Notes: generated from the letters alone by a model not told the origin. DNA of 60,563 bases, filler included, from Platydemus manokwari (GCA_037951405.1; 5 parts of 5 records of this genome joined end to end with filler, not necessarily neighbours in it); one strand, 5' to 3'. Positions 38,551 to 52,350 are shown, counted from the first letter of the whole stretch. A program made the numbers and translations.

Positions 38551-39582
38551 TTAATGTTTTATTAAAATCGGTATAAAGTTGATATTTAATGAGCTCAAAT
38601 AAATAAGTAAGAATATATCGCTACATTTCCGTAGAAATAACTCGGTGAACTGACCTTGAAAGAAAGAATTAGTAAAAAATAACATTCCGAATGCAGCAAG
38701 TAGTATAAATGATATGATCGATAATGTAAATACTTCGATACATGATCTCATTTCAGAAGTACGAAGATTTCTGTTTTGGTTGTTTGTTAATTTTTTTGAA
38801 TTTTTTGAATGACTTATTATAGCGTGTACAAGAACTAGATTGACTGTCAAATGTATGAAAATCCAAATAACACCAAGAGGATGAAATACTAATATATAAT
38901 AAACATACATTTTGATGAAACCAAGCCGTCCTTTGATATAACATCTAAATTTTTGTGCTGATTCCATGTACTCTCTTGTCAAAATAATCCAATGTGGAAC
39001 ACAGCAAATCACATTGAATACCACTGAACCAATCAAAGTGATTATTGATATTTTTACTCCCCATAATCGATCTCGAAAAGGCATTTTTATCGCCAAGCAT
39101 CGATCGATTCCACAAATTAATAAAATTAATAGTGACATTTGAAGCCAGAAATAAAGAAATGACAATATAAATTTGCAACGAAACTCACTTCCAGATGGTA
39201 AAATCCAATAATGTTTACCTTCTGTTAGGACTGGAAGCGCCATCGAAGGAAAATGAAAAAACCAAATACAAAATATATTAGTCAATATATCTGAGACAGC
39301 TAATGCTATCATGTACACCTTGTGTTTGGTAAAACGACGCGTCTTACAGAATTGATAAATTACATAACTGTTTACCACCAATCCAACAATCGACATAAAT
39401 GTGTTGAAATAACCGATCAAAAAAGAAATGAATTCAATTATGGAACAATATGCAACATCATTTGAAGTAACGTTAAACAATTTTGAACGTACCTTAGCAC
39501 ATGGATATAAATGGAAATATTGATTCAAGTTCTCGGAACTTCTTATAAAACCATTAATAATATCTTTGTATTTCTGAGTCAT
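38551..39582 (-). CDS. Intronless orphan rhodopsin-like GPCR, 343 aa, paralog of 28450-29511
   Basis: Shares long identical blocks with copy 1 (IGYFNT, KHKVYMIALAVS, TEGKHYWIL, ILLICGIDR, ICCVPHWI, FHPLG, NRNLRTSE, SC.EVFTLSIISFI, SLNINFIP). Retains TM2 ALAVSD. Confidence 0.9.
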   Translation of the reverse strand: MTQKYKDIINGFIRSSENLNQYFHLYPCAKVRSKLFNVTSNDVAYCSIIEFISFLIGYFNTFMSIVGLVVNSYVIYQFCKTRRFTKHKVYMIALAVSDILTNIFCIWFFHFPSMALPVLTEGKHYWILPSGSEFRCKFILSFLYFWLQMSLLILLICGIDRCLAIKMPFRDRLWGVKISIITLIGSVVFNVICCVPHWIILTREYMESAQKFRCYIKGRLGFIKMYVYYILVFHPLGVIWIFIHLTVNLVLVHAIISHSKNSKKLTNNQNRNLRTSEMRSCIEVFTLSIISFILLAAFGMLFFTNSFFQGQFTELFLRKCSDIFLLIYLSSLNINFIPILIKH

Positions 39583-39618
39583 ATTTTAGAAAGTGAACAA
39601 ATAAATTTATCATCGATA

Positions 39619-39676
39619 TTATATAACTATATTGGCCTGCAATGTCAGCGAATCAAGTTCGACAATACAACTTTAG
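39619..39676 (-). promoter_or_regulatory. Putative proximal promoter of GPCR copy 2 (CCAAT + TATA)
   Basis: Minus-strand GCCAAT (39631-39636) and TATATAA (39619-39625), 36 nt before the ATG. Homologous to 28357-28412. Confidence 0.6.
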
Positions 39677-42004
39677 AGAACATATTTTAGTAATTTATGT
39701 ATGCCAATAATTGTTCTTGTTTAAATAATTTAATTTTGATAAAATGATCTGAGTTGAATAAAAATCAAAAAGATATTTTTATTCAATTTTCGATTCAACA
39801 AAAACGATATCATTGATTATTAAAAAAAAACATGACTTAGTAAATTGAGTTACTATTATTAGTAATAAATGTTGAAATGGAAATTGTGTAAAGATAGAAC
39901 TGTCAACATTTAAAAAATACGAGTATTGTTTGTTTTAAATAAGTATAAGGCAATAAACATTTTTAAATATCTGCTTCATTTTTACGTCACTGTGTTAATG
40001 GGACAAATGATTATTTTAATATACAATTTTATTAATTCTCTAGTTATCTCTAAGAAGTTTTGTCCAAGTTTCACTTTTATGTATTTTCACATATTTTTGA
40101 ATCTTTATCTTTATTCCTTTTTCCCTTATCTGATATCTATATCTATAATTTATTTTGAAATGTGTAATCGCATTTGTATTATATTTCATTTGCTGCACTT
40201 ATTTTTATTGCTATATTTCCCTCTGTTGAGATGAATTCCTCTGAATGTATAACATTTTAAAAGACATTGTTCTCTTTTTATAGCTTTCCACTTCATTTCA
40301 TTAATAGTAATTCTACACAAATGTCAACTAAATTGGTTTCTGATATCAGCAATATATTTTGGATTTCTATTATTAATTATCAATTTTTTTCCTCTTTCTA
40401 ATCATTTACCTTGAGGTTATTTATTATAAATATTCTATAATTCATATCATATGATTTTCGATCTTTTTGATATTGCTTTCTAAATTTTGTTAACATTTAT
40501 TTATATCATATTTTTAGAGCTCACACTGAAAACGTGTTTGCTTACCCATGGTTAATAAATTTGCCAAATAGCATAACGTTTATGACCAAAGTCTATTAAA
40601 GTTTTTTACTTTTTGAAATGCCAAAACCTCATTACTTTGTATTCTATTTTTTTGTAAACAGACCTACAATGTGTATCCTTAATATAATGCCTATACTTCG
40701 TCTTTTTTATAAATGTTTTTATTTACGATAATTATGTTGCGGATTCCTCGATAATTTCATAATGTTAGGTCACTTTATACTATCAGAAATTTTCCTTTTG
40801 AGTTTGGGTATTTTGCCTGTGCGATTGCACACAAAGAAAAGATATTTAGGGTGATTGAGATCTCTATCATCTACAAATCGATGATGATATTCCCATGTCT
40901 GGTCAAAATCTATTATTCTAATGATTTTGTTTATTTAACAGATAAAGTTAAGTTACGTCTTATATTAAAATACTTTATGGTTATTTTAACATTATAAACT
41001 TTTCCTGAGCTTTAAAATAATATTCCTTTAATTCTACACAACACAAATTATATATATATATATATATCTTCCGGTTTTTAGCAAGATGTTTAGCAGTTTT
41101 CTAGAAGGATCTGGCTAGTTTAAGTAAAATAATGGTGCCTGAACCCACGGGTGCAGTAATAGAAACAATGATAATAATTTAAGTATAAATAAATAGAAGA
41201 AAATCAATGGAAGCACATAATTGTCAAAGCATATAATTAAACGATGTACAAATAATAGTCAGCTAAAGCTTAAACATCAATTTACAAATACCAAATAAAT
41301 AATAGCTATTAGATGACACATAGCCCGGCTTTTATTAAGGTTTTAATTAGAGTAATAATAAAAACCAAATCTACTCTTTGGGTGATTGTTTCAAAAATAA
41401 CTCTTCCTTTTTTCTTTCCAATTATAATCGGTTGGGAATTGCTTATCTTGTTTGACCGAGTAGTCTATACATGGGATATTAATTATGAACTTAGTTTCGT
41501 AGAACGATTATGAAATAAATAAAAATATTTTAATGATTTGTGAGCGTTTATTACAACTTTATTTTGTAGAATAACAGTGGGATTTTTATGAACTTTTCAC
41601 TCTGATAGTTGCGGCATTTTCCTGAATTATTACTTTTCTTTAATAGTGATTCTTCTCTCATTGTTTAATGAATCATCTTTCTTATCATTTACATATTTAA
41701 TTTATTCTATTTTTAGCTTTGTCCCAAAATAATTGACTTTTAATTACTTTTTCGAATTCAATATTAATAAATTGTATCTATGTAATTTCCATTTTTGGAT
41801 AGCTTTAGAGTCTAACTTTCTGAATAATATAAAATATAAAATATAAAAAATCCCAATGTAATAAAAACTTCCATTTCTAGCTGTAGCTCTATTTTATTGA
41901 TTTCATTTATTTGAGTAAAATCAACTATTAATATGATGAGTAAAATGTTCAATATGATGGTAGACCTAATTGCACTAAAACGAATTTTACTATGCATTTC
42001 ATTA

Positions 42005-42104
42005 NNNNNNNNNNNNNNNNNNNNNNNNNNNNNNNNNNNNNNNNNNNNTTAATTAATTAANNNNNNNNNNNNNNNNNNNNNNNNNNNNNNNNNNNNNNNN
42101 NNNN
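42005..42104. other. Artificial assembly spacer
   Basis: N44-TTAATTAATTAA-N44. Confidence 0.97.
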
Positions 42105-43859
42105 TTCATTTTAAAGCGAGTTATAGTATTTTAAAGTATACGTTTACAAACGGCCATTATTTTCCCAACAACCTAATAATAGTCAAAGAAAGCCATTATT
42201 AAAATAATTATTATAACAAAGCCAAGAAGGATTATCAGATTACTATAATGATCATTGAGAATTATTATCATGATTTAAAAACCTAAATCATTAATAAACT
42301 TGGAACTGTGTATTGGGCGCAATGCAAGTCAAGATTCACCTTCCAACAAAGTATAACAGTTTTAATTAATTACAAAGGTTGATTTATTAAATAAGAGAAG
42401 CCAAAATTAAAATAAATTGAAATTACCTACAGATTAAGAAAAATAACTGTAATTAATTTATTAAAAATTTGTTATAATATAAACTCCACTGCGTTTAGTA
42501 ATAAAGTTCTGTTGAGCAGAGACGAAGTCTTGCAGATTCATTGATAGACTTATTGGCTTAATGCTCAAATCATGCGTCAATTCGATTAGACTTTTGTACC
42601 TTGGTTGTATAAGAAGATTTCAAGTACTCACAAATTAAGGAGACCCAAATAGTTTGGCGAAGTTTATCAATGAATAACTTAAATCAAAACAATAACGCGA
42701 GTGAATATACTAAAGATTATTGGGAAAGGAATTGGCTCTGAATATCAAATATTTATTATTAGAATTTTTGTTGAAAAATATAACTTTATATTTTTTCTAA
42801 ATCATCGATAGGAGAATCGAAGACCTTATCAAAATTCTGGACAGAATATTAAGGTTGATAAACTTCATTCTTTTGGAGCAAAACCAAATACCAAAGATGT
42901 TGTTTTGAGGCAAAGCTCGACAGTATAATGAAACACTATAGATTTATAATATCGATCAGTGGTTTATAGGAATTGAAATTACTTTGTCAAAGTGTATGTT
43001 GATCAATGAAGAAATTCACTCAAAGATCTTTTCTTAAATAATGGTTTCCAAATAATTATTGAACAAGGTTCTACTGATTTTAACCCATATTTATATGTTT
43101 TGTCGCACATCGGCGATCGAGCTTTTATTGCCTCATTATTTCATTAATTCAATAAAATTATTTTAATCCTCATGAATTTGAAAAATGTTCTTCATCCATC
43201 ATCACATAATACATGAAAAATTAATAGTTGGAAATTGATTTTATAAACACAAAACAAATGTAAACATTTCAGTTAATAATCGAACTTTTTGTGCCGATCT
43301 GGCCTGATATGCGGAATCCGACACCCAAATAAACGGTTACGACTTATAGAGTTATAAGCTTTATCAATATTCATCTCCAAAACTAATCGAAGCTACAATT
43401 GCAACGAGTGCTTCCGACCACGTGAGAAGTAATAATGAATGGGAATGAACGGTCTTCGAATTCAAATCCACCAATGAGCGAATTATTAAATTAAACAAAC
43501 GGTTTATTGAAATTCCTGCCTGATACTGACAAGTAGTAAGAACTTCATTTGGTTTCCCCGATCTCAAGGGTTACCTCGAGATCAATATTTAAGAAATATA
43601 TTAAAAAGATTAGTTCAGATTAATAGTAAATTAAAGTTATTTTGAATTCATCACAATAGTCTATGTTAGAAATATTTATTAAGTAAAGAACATAAATACT
43701 GCAAAAATACAAAATTCAATATCACAGTGCATAACAAGATACATGTGTTATGACAGTCATGGGCCTATTGAAAGAGGAAAAATATATCGATAAATATTAA
43801 TCTATTCAAATATAATGAGTTAACATTGTGCTCGCTGTACTGTGTCAGATTCACTTTGA

Positions 43860-46800
43860 TTATTTAATGAGGTCGCTTTCTCCAGTTAATTTCAACAAGA
43901 TCTTCAAATAATCTCCTGAGGTGTCATCCTATAAACATTTCTCACAGTATTAGATATTATAATTCTCAACCAGCTACCTTTATCCACTCTCCCAATCTTT
44001 GGGAGAATTCAGCCTGGAAAGCCTTTTTTATTTGAACCATATCTATTTCACATCGAGTTATGACAATTCTCAACAAAGTTCTATCATCGGTACCCAATCC
44101 TTTCATGGCTTTATGAAGAGCTAGTGCAAAATATCTTGGTTTGTTTTGTATGCATCTTACTGGAGAAATAGATGAGATTAATCACAGTTTCTAACAAACA
44201 TTCTCACCGAATGTTACGAGCCCATTCATAATGTCGCCACTCATTTCTGATTTTATTGCCTGTTCCAAAGTCATTTTACTAAGTTTTTCGTATTCTTCAA
44301 ACACTGCTCTCAGGTGTGGATTGGATCGATTAAGAATTATCTGGTGAAATCTGAATAACATTTAAATAAATTGTAATTATGATCAAATTAGTTTTTGATT
44401 ATTTGTTTCGTGATTGGAGTGGCCAATCGTTCGAGTGAATACAGTGAGGAACCTTAGATAATTCTCATACAAAAAACTTAATAATCAAAATGTAAAAAAT
44501 TTGAACTAAAAAATTCATATTAAAGAGAATAAAAAACAAAGTGTTTAGAGGATTAATGTTTGAATCAAGCTTAAAAATAAAACTGAAGCATTTTAAACTT
44601 GACGAAGCCAATGATCCGTCATTATGGAAATCGTCTATTTTGATCAATTCAAAATTTAAAGCCAAATTGGGCTAAATAATCCTCTATTAATAATTACCAG
44701 ATTATTAGGTGGAATCAATAAAGTATTTCAATTCTATCTCAAATTAATTTTCAAAAATCTCTAAAGACATGAATTTTGAATATCATAATTTATATTAAAT
44801 GCCCAGACTCAGGTGATTAATACATTTTAAACACTTTCTGATTATCTTTCTTATTTTGAGAATTCGATTCTTTTCATGCCGTGCTTATATGCTTTATTGT
44901 TTTATAATGTTTTGCTTTGTTCTCATTATTAAATTGAAATGATGAAAAAACAAACCGATACTAGGATATAGAATCAATCAAACTCCATTTTAAATATTTT
45001 TTTACATTTTTATTATAGTTTTTATATTCTTATAATTTTATATGACTTAGTTGATCAGATGTAGTATTCTACACTGGCTTTTTATTAGGTGCGAAGTCGA
45101 GTTTTATTTTGTCAATGTATAAAGGTAGTAGCCAGTATACCCATTACTTTAATAGGTTTTTTATGAAGAAATTATCTGCTTTGACTCGACCTTTTTATGT
45201 AGTTTGAGATTTGTCATAGTTTAATCATGTTCTTCTTTGTCTTTCCTCTTTCTTCTAATTTTATTCAAGTACTGAATCCGGGAATTATATATAGTCCCTT
45301 TTTCCGAGATTTCTTGGTACCCCGAGTTCAGAATGAATGTGAACTTCAATCGGGGACAGAATCCATGGCTAAACGTGGAATTTATTGTCGACTGAGAGAT
45401 AATTTGATTGTATATGGCCCTGTGAATATGATTGTATATGAAGACCAAATCATATAGCCGAGCAAAGAACTATCAATCCGATAGACAAAATATTTCAATT
45501 TTTCAAATCGATAAATCATTTTTGAAGAAATCAAACTCGATTTGAAGAGGGTTATTCAATCAAATTAATAAAATTATTAATTCAAACTTTCAAATCTCTC
45601 AAAAATATTATGTGTACAGGGTTGTCACCCAGTGCATCGCCTGACAAAATTTGCGCAAATTTAATGAAGAGTTAAAAATGACATTCGCTGTGCTGTAATA
45701 AATTCTGCTGATTTAAAAATCTTTTAATTATTGATTGATGAATTACTGTTTGATTATTCAATATCAATAATGTCATGACGGAAAACGCGTCTTTATTGTA
45801 AAGAATTTTATATTATCACACTGTGGTCAACTTTTTGAACAGAAAATCAATCAAGTGCAAATCAGCCTATTTTTGAGTTTAAAGATTTGAATCAACTGTA
45901 AATATTGGCAAAAAAGCACATGCAAACCACATGATTTTAATTAGTGCAATAAAGTTGATGCTATTGCAAATGCTGTGAACGAAATGGGTGACAATTCTCA
46001 ATACGAATGGCATCTAAGAATCTTAGCACATCATAATCTTCTGTTCATTACATTCTTAAAGTGAGCTTGGCTCTCAGAAGATATTTTGAAAATAAAATTT
46101 GAAATGTTTTTCAGGTGGGGTGGGGGTTAGTCAACCCAAAAATAAAAAATCAATATAAACGAAAATGTCAATGTAATTAACTGAATTTCTCTGATTATTA
46201 AAAATAAATGCAGAAAATAAAAGAAAATAAACAATACTTCGACTCATCCGTGCCGAATTTCTTTTCACCAGCCTCGTACAGCTCTTTTGCATCTTGAATA
46301 GCAAGATTTCTGTCAAATGTTTGGCTTTCATCTCGAGAGGCTTGAAGCAATGCAACGAGAAGTCTTTTAAAATGGCTGGACGTTTCACTGATGATGTCCT
46401 TTTCCAAATCTCTGTTTGGATACACTATTTTTGATATAAATTTTTTGAGATTTATCGATTTTTTAAAAACTATGATTACTTCTATTGTATGTCGCTTTAA
46501 ATGCCTTGATTTGGGCATTGGTTCTCGTACATATTATTTCAATTAAGGCATCTTCATCGGTGCCGAGACCTTTCATTGCGAAACGCAATTCCGATGCATC
46601 ATATTCATCAGGACTCAAGCACAGAGCATTACAGATTTTAAAAAAATTCCCACTTAATTCACTATCAAAATCTGCTACCAAATCACGTCCAAAAAGGGTT
46701 TTGAATGTTTGAACGATTGCCATCCTTTGTTTGAAGGATCGACATCCCATGACATCAATTATTGCTGCCTCATCGGTTCCCAGGCCTTTCATTGCAGTGC

Positions 46801-49115
46801 GTAACTTTTCACAATCTGCGTTGACGTTAAAATCGGGGGCAGGGAGTAAGGTTCCTTCTTGCTGAAATGTTATGTATCCACTTATTAATGTGTGAAATAT
46901 TAATATTTATGTTTGTATACCACTTATATATATATATATGTGTGTGTAGGTGTGTGTGTAGGTGTGTGTAGAAAGGATACTAACCACGTATTCTTCAGTT
47001 TCAAAATATGCACTTTCGACTTTCTCGGGTGGCTTTTCTTCAGTTTTCAATTCAATTGGAGCTGCTTTTTCTCCTTTGGCTTGACGAACCTTTTCTTCAA
47101 CAGAATGACCTTTTGGTATTTCTGATGGTTTTGGGCGCAATGATTTCTGAGGCGAAGGAGGTGGTGCGGTTTCTTTAACCGTTTTGGGTTGAGCTAAGGG
47201 TGTCTTGAAACCGGGTTTACCTAGATTAATCGTGACAGTGAAAGATTCGTTACCTTCACTGAAGTCTGCTGCGAATACCTACAATAGTTGAATTAAATTG
47301 CATAGGTGACTATTAACCCACAAGTAGTCGAGTTCTAATGAGATAGAACACAAAAATTAACAGGAAATATCAATTTAATTTAATTTATTCTCTGCTAGAC
47401 AAATGATATAAATAAAATTTTTGGTTCTCCAACCGATACGACCAAAGAATATTAGGATGGGAATTACCTTTGCCATTTTAGCTGAACCAATTGCAGCTTT
47501 GAAATCGGCGTTTCCTCGGGCAAATTGTAATAAATGACCATAAATGTGTTCGATTTGCTTTTTCAAATCCCCATTACCCGGGCTCACGGGCAAAATTTCT
47601 GGTTCGAAACTTCCTTTCGGTTGTTCAACTGGAGGAGGAAGAGCTTTAATCTTAGCATTCTCGAGGTCTTTGAGAGCATTTCTCACTTCTGCTATTGTTG
47701 CTTGCCGGTTCTGGTCGATTTGCTACAGTTTCGACAATTATTGAATGTGACGTCGAATAATATCAAAATAATCAAATAACCTGTGTCAATTGATTAGCAA
47801 TGGCATTCAATTGATGTTGTTGCAATATAGACATATCGGGTTGATGGAATGGTTGTTGTGGATATTGGATCTGTGGTGCATAACCTCCGGAAAATGTTGT
47901 ATTTCCAGGAGTCCGAACATCCCATCCCATTCCAGGATTGCCACCCCATAAATTTATTTGTGTTCCAGAGACATTTGTAGCCGAAAACCCCTGGTCAGCA
48001 GTTCCTATTGGAAAATGGTAATAGTTTTTATCTCAATATTAACTCAATGTTTTTTTAGTACGAACTTTGAAGAAATTGGTCCACTGCATCTTCTGACCAC
48101 GTATGTTGGGGTTTCTTAAGAAAAATTATAGTCGATAACACGATTTTTACATCATTGATTATTTCATTTTTATTTTTCATTTGAAAGGTTTACGCTATAT
48201 ATGAGATACTAAATATAGGTCAGAGAATATATTGATATGAAACCAATAGCCAATCAAAACGAGGGCACAAAGTAAAGTTGTAAGTGAAGGTGAAGTAAAG
48301 TGAAACGACTGGGGGATTGAATTCAACAATGAGACAATTGGTACATCGTGAATTTCAGTTCCTGATCATCGCTTATATCTTGAAAGGAGTACGAAACAAG
48401 TTCAGCGGACAACTTTTTTTACCAATATTTGATTCGAAAACCCTCATAACCCTTGCATGTCGACCTTATCACCAATTACATTAAACATATGCATCTAATG
48501 TTACACCCAATCCGGGCGTTTAAAATTTACAATTCATCGATTTCCACTCCCCCCGCCGATTTTATTTTATAATTTCCAAATTCATTTCATACCGAAGGAA
48601 CGATTTTCGTATTTCGTTTCCCTTCGATGTCGGAATTGTACGAACTATTCGATTCAACTTCATAAATATTTTCATCCTCGCTTCCCATATCGATTTGGTC
48701 GTCGACAAAAAACGTTTTGGTCACAACATGGCTTTCAACTTTAGTCACTCTGACAAAATTCAGTATCTAAAATGAATTAAACAAATAAAAATGATTGCAC
48801 TTGTGCACAGCCATGGCTTTCAAAGTCCTTTTTCCGGGTTTTAATGTAAAAGGACCACTGTATCTAAAGGTGATTTCTTTTCCATTGATAATACGTTTCG
48901 AAGGATTTGGTTTGCATCCGTCAGTTGTGAAATATACAGCACAATTTGGTGTTTCTAAAAATTGATGATACAATGTTATTTTAATTATGATATTTATTAA
49001 TACCAGTATCCAAGTCAATATATGTTCCAGTATCGATATGATTTTGGGGTTTTCCTGATTTATTTAACTTCAACGGGGCTACAACAGGTGCTGCTACTCC
49101 ACCAGCTAATGGCAT
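43860..49115 (-). CDS. Annexin with long DZANK1-like N-terminal region, 12 exons, 735 aa
   Basis: Exons in transcript order: 49115-49004, 48954-48801, 48749-48593, 48114-48066, 48004-47781, 47722-47468, 47278-46985, 46861-46480, 46424-46238, 44350-44208, 44159-43978, 43928-43860. All GT-AG and phase-compatible, 2208 nt. Four annexin repeats ([33 protein letters not shown]...DDTSGDY). The annexin core is certain; exon 48114-48066 is the least certain. Confidence 0.85.
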
Positions 49116-51673
49116 CTTAGTATTTTAATTATTAATTGATTACAAATTTAAAATGGCAGTAATTTGGTAGCTATACTATTCACTAAAATAAACAACTGCT
49201 TTTGTAATATAAACTGATAATATAAACTAATATTATATAAAATTAATATAAAAATAAGTAAAATATTTCATTGTTTTGATTTAGTATTAACCATAATAGC
49301 TTGTAAATATAAAAAATTTAATAAAAATATTTCTATCTAAAAACAGTTAAATTGCAAAAAACAGTAAAAACGTACTTGAATTTATTAATTACATTTTATT
49401 ATTTAGGGCTCATGCATCGTTATAATTTTGAATAATTACGTAACAATTTATTTATAGCTCCACACAATTATCTTTGCATTTGGGTGTAACTTAAAACTCA
49501 ACACAGTAGTCATTAAAAATGTTTATTGTTCAACACTTGGATTTTTATGTATCTCATTCGATGAGAAAAATACAGTTTCTTCATAATTAACAGTTACTTT
49601 TCATAATTTCCAGTTGGACAATTTAAATCTACCGTCACTTTTTGGCTTTTAAATTGAAAAATCATCAATATTAAGAACAATCAATGCATCGATAAATTGG
49701 CCACATATCTTTGCATATGACCAATTAATAAAAATCTAAAAATAACTTAGTTTAAATGACTTTTCAGTAATTCTTTGTATAACATTTTCACAAATATAAG
49801 TTCAATAAGGTTAAAATATTATCGTAGTCTGAATATATAAATACAGTCAGTATTTCCAAGGTAGATATTTAGTACTGTCGAATATCAATACATGCTGATT
49901 ACAATAGTGCACACTTTATTTTATAATGGCTAGGTAATAGATTATTAATAATTAAACAATGTAATGGCAATGGTAATTAAGTAAAAATTACTTTGGGCTT
50001 TAAAAGGTTTCGTAAGCAACAGCATTTTATACTAACAAATGAATCATCCCTGAATTGCTCCTTTTGACAAAATTTCTTTTAATAATAATTTCCTAATGAT
50101 TTCCGTCGAATAACTTTCTGGGAGTAAATAATCTTTGTGAGTGAACTACACTAATTTAAGCTCTTGATATAAGCTAGTTTTCGTGTGAATGATTTGTTTC
50201 TTTGCCATAGTTTGTTGATATTAATTTTTATCATATAATAAAATATTATATTCTTTATTGTCTAACATTTATTTTATTTGTTAGTAAAATTCTTATAAGT
50301 CTGGCTTTAATGAGCCATTTTTCATCTTTATCTGTTTAATTATTATTTATAATTGTTTTATTATTTATCTGTAATTATTATTATTTTATTTTCGTCACTT
50401 ACCTACTTCACACTAATTCATTAATTTTATTATTCTTGTTTAATTCTTAAATTTACTTTATTCCTTGTATCGTTTATTCTTTTAATTTAAATATTTCGTC
50501 ACCATTTGGTTTATTTGTGTTTTGGAACTTAAGAGAATTGCTACGTTTATTGGAGAAAATCAAGTTGTTCTGTGTGTTACTTTTGGGGGTTACTGCGTTT
50601 ATTTATTTATTTATTTTTATTTGATTTGATCAAACTCTACAACTTGATCAGTTCTCAACGTCCGTTTTGACCCTCGGGTAGTAATATTACCTATGAATAT
50701 TGATGTTCTTTCGACTCGATGTTCTCAACTTAAATGTAGATAAGTCGGACGCCGTAGAAATCGATTTAATTAAACTAAACTTTATTTTTGTCTCAATTAT
50801 AGTCTCAACTTTCAATTTATCAGTCTCTTTTAATATTTTAACTATCCAATTATTCCCAATAAAGTGATGAATAATATTGAAATATATAATGATGAAATTG
50901 CGATTCAATATGACCAACGACCTGATCAATAACCAACTAGATTCATTATAAACATATTTCTTATAACTAACAATTATACCAACTATTACTGTATGCAATG
51001 CAATAAAAAGGTTATAAATTACTACCTTTATACGTCATTGATTTTAGCGATACTTTGATACACAAAAAGTTGGATAAAACTTTTCAATATGCAATACATG
51101 GAAGCAGACTGTGGACCAACAAGACACTTCGTGAATATTGGGTTAAGGTCCTTTTCAAGAATTTTTTCCGAGCTCGAGTCGTTAAATAGGGAGAATATGC
51201 GACATAAGTACAATATGCGTATTTTACATGAAATTATCTTATGTTCTTTCTGCATATTCTTCGGGAAATTAGAATATTTCTATTCTATTCCTATACTATT
51301 ACAGGGCATATAATTGAATTTATCTTGGCTTCGGAACTGTTTTAGTGATTTCAATAATAATAATGCTTGTAGTGGCTTTAAACGGGCAAGTGTCATATGA
51401 TGTTCACTGCATTATATAAAGTTACTGGGTCACAGAGAATAATGGGTTTGAATAGAAAAATGCGGGGTTCATTTCCGCTTTCTTGTGTCGATATTTCACA
51501 AATTTAATAGGATTATTTTTGCTGACAATTGTATTGTATTTCGATGTTTTAAAATAGGAGTGAAAATAAGAGTTTTTAAATTAATATTTTTGGTTATTGG
51601 GTAAAAATATTTTTTAATTAGACTTATTTTACTTAGCTAAATATATTAATTTTTAATATTAATCTCCTATTTG

Positions 51674-51773
51674 NNNNNNNNNNNNNNNNNNNNNNNNNNN
51701 NNNNNNNNNNNNNNNNNTTAATTAATTAANNNNNNNNNNNNNNNNNNNNNNNNNNNNNNNNNNNNNNNNNNNN
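51674..51773. other. Artificial assembly spacer
   Basis: N44-TTAATTAATTAA-N44. Confidence 0.97.

Positions 51774-51845
<72 letters not shown>
51774..51845. repeat. (AAT)n microsatellite at contig edge
   Basis: Perfect AAT run of about 24 units directly after the spacer. Confidence 0.95.
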
Positions 51846-52350
51846 TAGTATTATTATTATATATTAATTGTAATATTATTCTATATTGAATTAATAATAA
51901 AAAGAATAAATATTGTAAAATTATGATTCAAACATTTAATTTCGTAGATAAAAATTATTATTAACTTTGCTTTCAGAGATTATATAAAAATATAATCTCA
52001 AACATCTAAATATTTCGTTATTGATTGATATTTTCTTTTTTCAGAAAAGTAGAAAATGCTAACCAGCTGACTCTTCATGTGTATTGAAAATAAAAATATA
52101 TTTTATGTTGTACAGATTATCTTTTAATTGAATACCATCTGTATAAAATAAATAATGGCTTGTTTATTAGAAAATTGTAAACTTCATTTAAATCAATTTT
52201 TGTTTTCAACATTTTATGCCCGCTTTTGATGAAATTTTAGTGACAATATTTGTAACAAACTCTTAATGGCTGAACCCTAAAGATAATTATAATGAATGAA
52301 GAGAGAACAAACTTCCCCAACAATCTGAATAGAAATATTTCCATAATATT

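Noticed and set aside
40500-40960. Coding-like decayed minus-strand sequence (FFVCNRTGKIPKLKRK), possibly a Mutator-type transposase relic
   Set aside because: No catalytic motif or TIR found.
42400-43000. Possible Penelope-like RT remnant (INLLKICYNINSTAFSNK)
   Set aside because: Only one weak motif; too degraded to support.
47221-47253. Possible 33-nt GT-AG micro-intron creating a 25-nt microexon in the annexin gene
   Set aside because: It reads through in frame without a stop ([13 protein letters not shown]), continues the DZANK1-like alignment and is shorter than other introns here (42 nt or more). Treated as coding.
49400-51480. Short ORFs and exon-like fragments upstream of the annexin gene
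   Set aside because: Interrupted by stops, no identifiable family and no consistent splice model.
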